In this document: in pieces, positions 60,160 to 64,000 of the stretch
Position numbering within the stretch: position 1 is the first letter of the stretch
Layout of the letters: the number at the start of each line of letters is the position of its first letter
NCBI GenBank assembly: GCA_050952645.1
Contig: JBMNLI010000017.1
Span: 32,001-96,000 of the forward strand
Source of the DNA: Bdellovibrionota bacterium
GTDB taxonomy: Bacteria; Bdellovibrionota_C; UBA2361; CAKMMH01
DNA length: 64,000 nt
Direction of reading: 5' to 3'
Position numbers and translations under genes: made by a program
The notes under the pieces: generated by a model
What the model saw: the letters and a program-made list of their open reading frames with translations, nothing else
Database searches by the model: none
What the model was told of the DNA's origin: nothing

Positions 60160-63100
60160 TTAGAAATTATTTTTTTGCAACTCGGAAGCTTTGCCCATAT
60201 TTTTCATCTTTTCATCTATCAAGCCTTTAAGCTCTAGTGCATTTTTAAAATCCTTATCGAATATAAAGATCTTTGATAAAACGTCTAAAGCTTCTTCATA
60301 TTCCTGCTTTGCATAATAGCATGCGGCTAAGGAGTATAGAAAATTTAAATCTCCTGGGTGCAAGTCTAAATAATTTTTAAGCACTACCTCTAAATCATCT
60401 AACCTAGAAAGCTTATAAGATAAATCTATTACGCCTAAAAGCGCCCTAACGTTTTCAGGATTAACCTTTAGAGATTTCATATAGTACTTGTAGGCCATAT
60501 CAAAATTATTTTCTTCGATATAACATAACCCTAAACCTGAAAGAGCGACATCATACTTATCATTTATGCTTAATGATAAATTAAATTTTTCTTTAGCTTC
60601 TTCCCACGCACCAGAGGTTGCCATTAAAATTCCTAGGTCAGCTATCGCTCTATAAGATGATGGATTTTTATTTATAACTTGCTCTAGAATTTCAAGAGAA
60701 GAATTGTTATCTCCCTTTAGCATTAAACATTCTGCTTTTAAAATATTTACGTATTCTCTATGATTAGAATTTAGTGAGGTGTTTTGCATTAGCTCATCTA
60801 AACCACTTTCTAGCTCTTTAAAATCCCTATTTTTTTTAGCTTCTTCTAAAGATGCAAGCCTAGCGTCGATAGAGTCAAACATAGGAAAGCTTCCTTCTTT
60901 ACTTTCTAATATTTCAGTTTTACATTTTGAAGCTTCAGATTTTGAAGTTTCAGATTTTGAAGTTTCAGATTTTGAAGCTTCACATTGCGTGCTTTTCTCC
61001 CTAGCATCTTTTAGCGATTTTGCCGCATCTATCTTTTCTTGCATTTCAGCTACACCATTATATAAAGGAGAGATCTCTTTTATCTTATCTAAAGCCTCCT
61101 TAGCGTTAAGAAGGTCATCAGACTTATAACAAATTCCCGCATAAGAAAATAGCATATGAACATTGCTATCATTATTTGCTAAATAAGTTTCTAAAGCCTT
61201 TTTTATATCCTTATACTTATCGGTTAAAAATGAACACTCCATAAGATGCAATAGTGCCACTTCGTTATAAGGGTCAAGCTTTAGCGATTTAATAAATAGC
61301 TCCATCGCTTCATTATAATCTTCACGGCGCATCAAACAGATTCCTAACCCCGATAAAGATTTAACATCACTGCCATCTACCATAAGCGCTTTTTCAAAAT
61401 ATTTTTTCGCTTCACTAACATCTTCTTTAGCTAGAGATACTGCACCGATGCTTCTAAAAAGTTTTAAAGAAGAGCCTACATTTTGCTTAAGTGCAAAGTA
61501 TATTTCTAAAGCTTCATCATACTTATTATTTTCTGCTAAATTTTGTGCTTTTTTAAATTCTTCTTCTTGAAGCAAACTAAGCTCGTTATCTATACCACAC
61601 ACTTCATCTGCTTCTTTTGATATTATATTTTCTTTTATAGTATTATTAAAAGTAGTATCATTAAAAGTAGTATTGTTTAAATTAAAATTACATACTTGAT
61701 TATAAGCAAAAACCGTTTCCCTAGTGCATCGCTCCCAAGAATAGTTTTTTACTAACTCTTTTAGCTCGCCTTTAACGGGACTATAATAAGCTGCCATTAC
61801 AGCATTTTTTATACTATCTAAAGAATACGGGTCGCAATAATATACGGCATCTTTTAAGTAATCAGATATGCTTCCATTTTTGCCTGTTACAACGTTTGCA
61901 CCATAAAAAGCGGCTTCTAACGATACTAGCCCTGGTAGTTCATAGAAACTAGCAAGAGCATGAACCTTACAAGCAGCATAAGCGTCTGCTAAATCTTGTA
62001 AAGGAAGTTTATCTAGAACGATAGTTTCCCCTTTTCTTTTAAAATTTCTAACGGCTTTTGCGTATTCTTTTTGGTATGTAAAACCTCCACTAGCTAACAC
62101 TACTGGTATATCTACATCCTCTAAAGCACTTAGAAGCATTAGCTGATTTTTTCTCGACTCTAATCTTCCAACACAAAATATAAAATCTTTAACATTATAT
62201 TTTTCAAAAAATCTTTCTTTATTTCCCTTTATAGTAGTATTTAAACCAAAATGCGTTTCAAATATTTTTGCTTTTGGAGCATATACTCTTTTTAAATTCT
62301 CGGACTCAGAAGAGCCGCTAGTTAATAGTGCATCGGCATTTTCACATAGCCAAGACACATCGAACGTTTTCGATGGCGTTATAGATTTAATATCTAATTT
62401 TTGATTATTTAAAAACTCTTTGCTCTGCCCATTTTGAACGTATTTCATCATATAATCTGCTACCGCAATAGATTGATTATGAAAAGATTGCACATCTTCA
62501 AATAGAGTAGTTACTACGAAAGGAACGCCGCTCGATTTAGCCTTTACTCCTGCAAGCGTTGAAAAAGTAGGTATAGCAAAATTAAAAATATGCACTAGGT
62601 CGTAATCTTTAAAATTTGTAGCATCTATATTTTCACAAATACCTACAAAAAAACCCATTTGCTCTAAATGCTCTTTTAGTTTTTCCATAACTACTGTATC
62701 TCCCCCACGCTCTAGAAAAGCATTAGGTCTATTAACAAATAGTATTTTCTTTGTTTTATTATTACTCGTATTGTTGTTTATATCTTGATTCATATTTTGG
62801 TTCATATTTTGATTCATATTTTGATTCCTCTTGTTTTCTTTAGTCTTTCCTTTAGTTTCTTTTTTAACTAGCTTGCTAGCCTTACTATCTTCATTTAACT
62901 TAGCTATAACATCTTTAATCTTTTTATACGCTACATTAAACGAATTGTTTTTAATAAATAGTTTGGATTTAGTTTTTAAGTATTCTCTAAGCCTGCTATC
63001 CGTTAGTAAAATCTTTGTAGACTCTCCTACTTTCATGCCTAAAGTTATATGCCATACGCAATCTTCATACTTATTAAACATTGGTGCTAGAGACGTCATT

Positions 63101-64000
63101 AAAACTGCACCATTAGAAAGCGCTAAGTTTGCAGCCCCTGAGCTTTCATAATAGGAAGATTGGTAATTTAACATTACTAAATCTGCACTTTGTATATACT
63201 CATTTAATTTTTCATCTGAAATAAACTCACTTATAACTTTTATATTATTTTCTAAATTAAAATTTTTAATAATATTTTTTATCTCCCTTAAGTAGCTTTC
63301 ACTTTTAACATCATCTTTTCTAGTAGAGCCAGCTATTACGCCCTTTACTTTTATGCCTCTATTTAAACAGTAATGAACTCCTTCAATTACTGCTTCTTGT
63401 CCTTTATGAGGTTGCATAAAACCAAAAGTTAATATTAGCTTTTCATCGCCTTTAACTCCTAAATCTTTTCTTACCTGTTCTTTTCTTTCCTCGCTAATTT
63501 GCTCTATCTCTTTTAAGCCTAAAGGAACTACGAAAATCTTAGAGCTTTCAGTGCCATTTGCGATAATTTGAAGCTTATTTTCAGGAGTATGAACAAATAT
63601 TCCATCTGCTATATCACAAAAACTTTTAAGTGAAAGGTCGAACGTGTTATGAAAATGAATTATTATTTTTAAGCCAAACTTTTTTTGCTCATTAAGTAGC
63701 TCTATAAGATTAGTTTTTATAAAAACGTGTGGGTGAAAATATATATATAGCGTATCTATATTATTATCATTAATTGCTTTTATTAAGCGTGAAAAATCTT
63801 CATCGTTTCTATTCCAACATCTAACTACATTTTTATTATCTAAACTTTTATCTGCATCTAGTGCATCTTCACCTAAAATGGTTATGTTTAAATCCTTAAA
63901 TTCTTCTAATAGAAATTTTGAATATTTAGCAATACCACAAGGCTGTTCCCACGTTGTAAGAAAACCTATCTTATTATTTATTTTATTATTTACTTTATTA
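60160..64000 (-). CDS. Large glycosyltransferase with at least two GT4 domains and C-terminal TPR repeats (5' end outside the window)
   Basis: Frame is open from 63999 (IGFLTTWEQPCGIAKYS...TFGFMQPHKG); second GT4 domain (GGDT, VGRLESRKNQ, ELPGLVSLEA); multiple TPRs. Confidence 0.88.
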   Translation of the reverse strand, partial: NKVNNKINNKIGFLTTWEQPCGIAKYSKFLLEEFKDLNITILGEDALDADKSLDNKNVVRCWNRNDEDFSRLIKAINDNNIDTLYIYFHPHVFIKTNLIELLNEQKKFGLKIIIHFHNTFDLSLKSFCDIADGIFVHTPENKLQIIANGTESSKIFVVPLGLKEIEQISEERKEQVRKDLGVKGDEKLILTFGFMQPHKGQEAVIEGVHYCLNRGIKVKGVIAGSTRKDDVKSESYLREIKNIIKNFNLENNIKVISEFISDEKLNEYIQSADLVMLNYQSSYYESSGAANLALSNGAVLMTSLAPMFNKYEDCVWHITLGMKVGESTKILLTDSRLREYLKTKSKLFIKNNSFNVAYKKIKDVIAKLNEDSKASKLVKKETKGKTKENKRNQNMNQNMNQNMNQDINNNTSNNKTKKILFVNRPNAFLERGGDTVVMEKLKEHLEQMGFFVGICENIDATNFKDYDLVHIFNFAIPTFSTLAGVKAKSSGVPFVVTTLFEDVQSFHNQSIAVADYMMKYVQNGQSKEFLNNQKLDIKSITPSKTFDVSWLCENADALLTSGSSESENLKRVYAPKAKIFETHFGLNTTIKGNKERFFEKYNVKDFIFCVGRLESRKNQLMLLSALEDVDIPVVLASGGFTYQKEYAKAVRNFKRKGETIVLDKLPLQDLADAYAACKVHALASFYELPGLVSLEAAFYGANVVTGKNGSISDYLKDAVYYCDPYSLDSIKNAVMAAYYSPVKGELKELVKNYSWERCTRETVFAYNQVCNFNLNNTTFNDTTFNNTIKENIISKEADEVCGIDNELSLLQEEEFKKAQNLAENNKYDEALEIYFALKQNVGSSLKLFRSIGAVSLAKEDVSEAKKYFEKALMVDGSDVKSLSGLGICLMRREDYNEAMELFIKSLKLDPYNEVALLHLMECSFLTDKYKDIKKALETYLANNDSNVHMLFSYAGICYKSDDLLNAKEALDKIKEISPLYNGVAEMQEKIDAAKSLKDAREKSTQCEASKSETSKSETSKSEASKCKTEILESKEGSFPMFDSIDARLASLEEAKKNRDFKELESGLDELMQNTSLNSNHREYVNILKAECLMLKGDNNSSLEILEQVINKNPSSYRAIADLGILMATSGAWEEAKEKFNLSLSINDKYDVALSGLGLCYIEENNFDMAYKYYMKSLKVNPENVRALLGVIDLSYKLSRLDDLEVVLKNYLDLHPGDLNFLYSLAACYYAKQEYEEALDVLSKIFIFDKDFKNALELKGLIDEKMKNMGKASELQKNNF

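Overview
Strongly AT-rich bacterial chromosomal segment. MreB, Pal and the mre-mrd layout look Deltaproteobacteria/Bdellovibrionota-like (inference). Housekeeping genes: recJ, holA-tmk-holB, mreBCD-mrdA-rodA, tRNA-Leu(CAA), thrS, rarA, pal, dxs, sufU and a HelD-like helicase. Notable accessory content: (i) a type IV secretion locus (23.7-39.3 kb) with an F-type TraL/E/K/B/V/C core, transcribed divergently from a DotL/TrbC-like coupling protein and a possible DotM-like partner, with no relaxase or integrase in the window; (ii) a dispersed family of orphan acidic micro-protein cassettes (17.0-19.0 kb and 42.2-44.8 kb) bounded by a shared inverted repeat (AGAAGATAARRCT ... AGYYTTATCTTC), three of them with covarying, strand-specific 5' hairpins and 3' terminator-like hairpins; (iii) a triplicated 141-163 bp palindromic element overlapping the thrS stop codon; (iv) a second VirD4/TraG-like ATPase fused to leucine-rich repeats; (v) two single-base frameshifts, an IS3 remnant, several glycosyltransferases and many 12-16 nt tandem duplications. 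All family assignments come from recognising motifs by eye, not from database searches.
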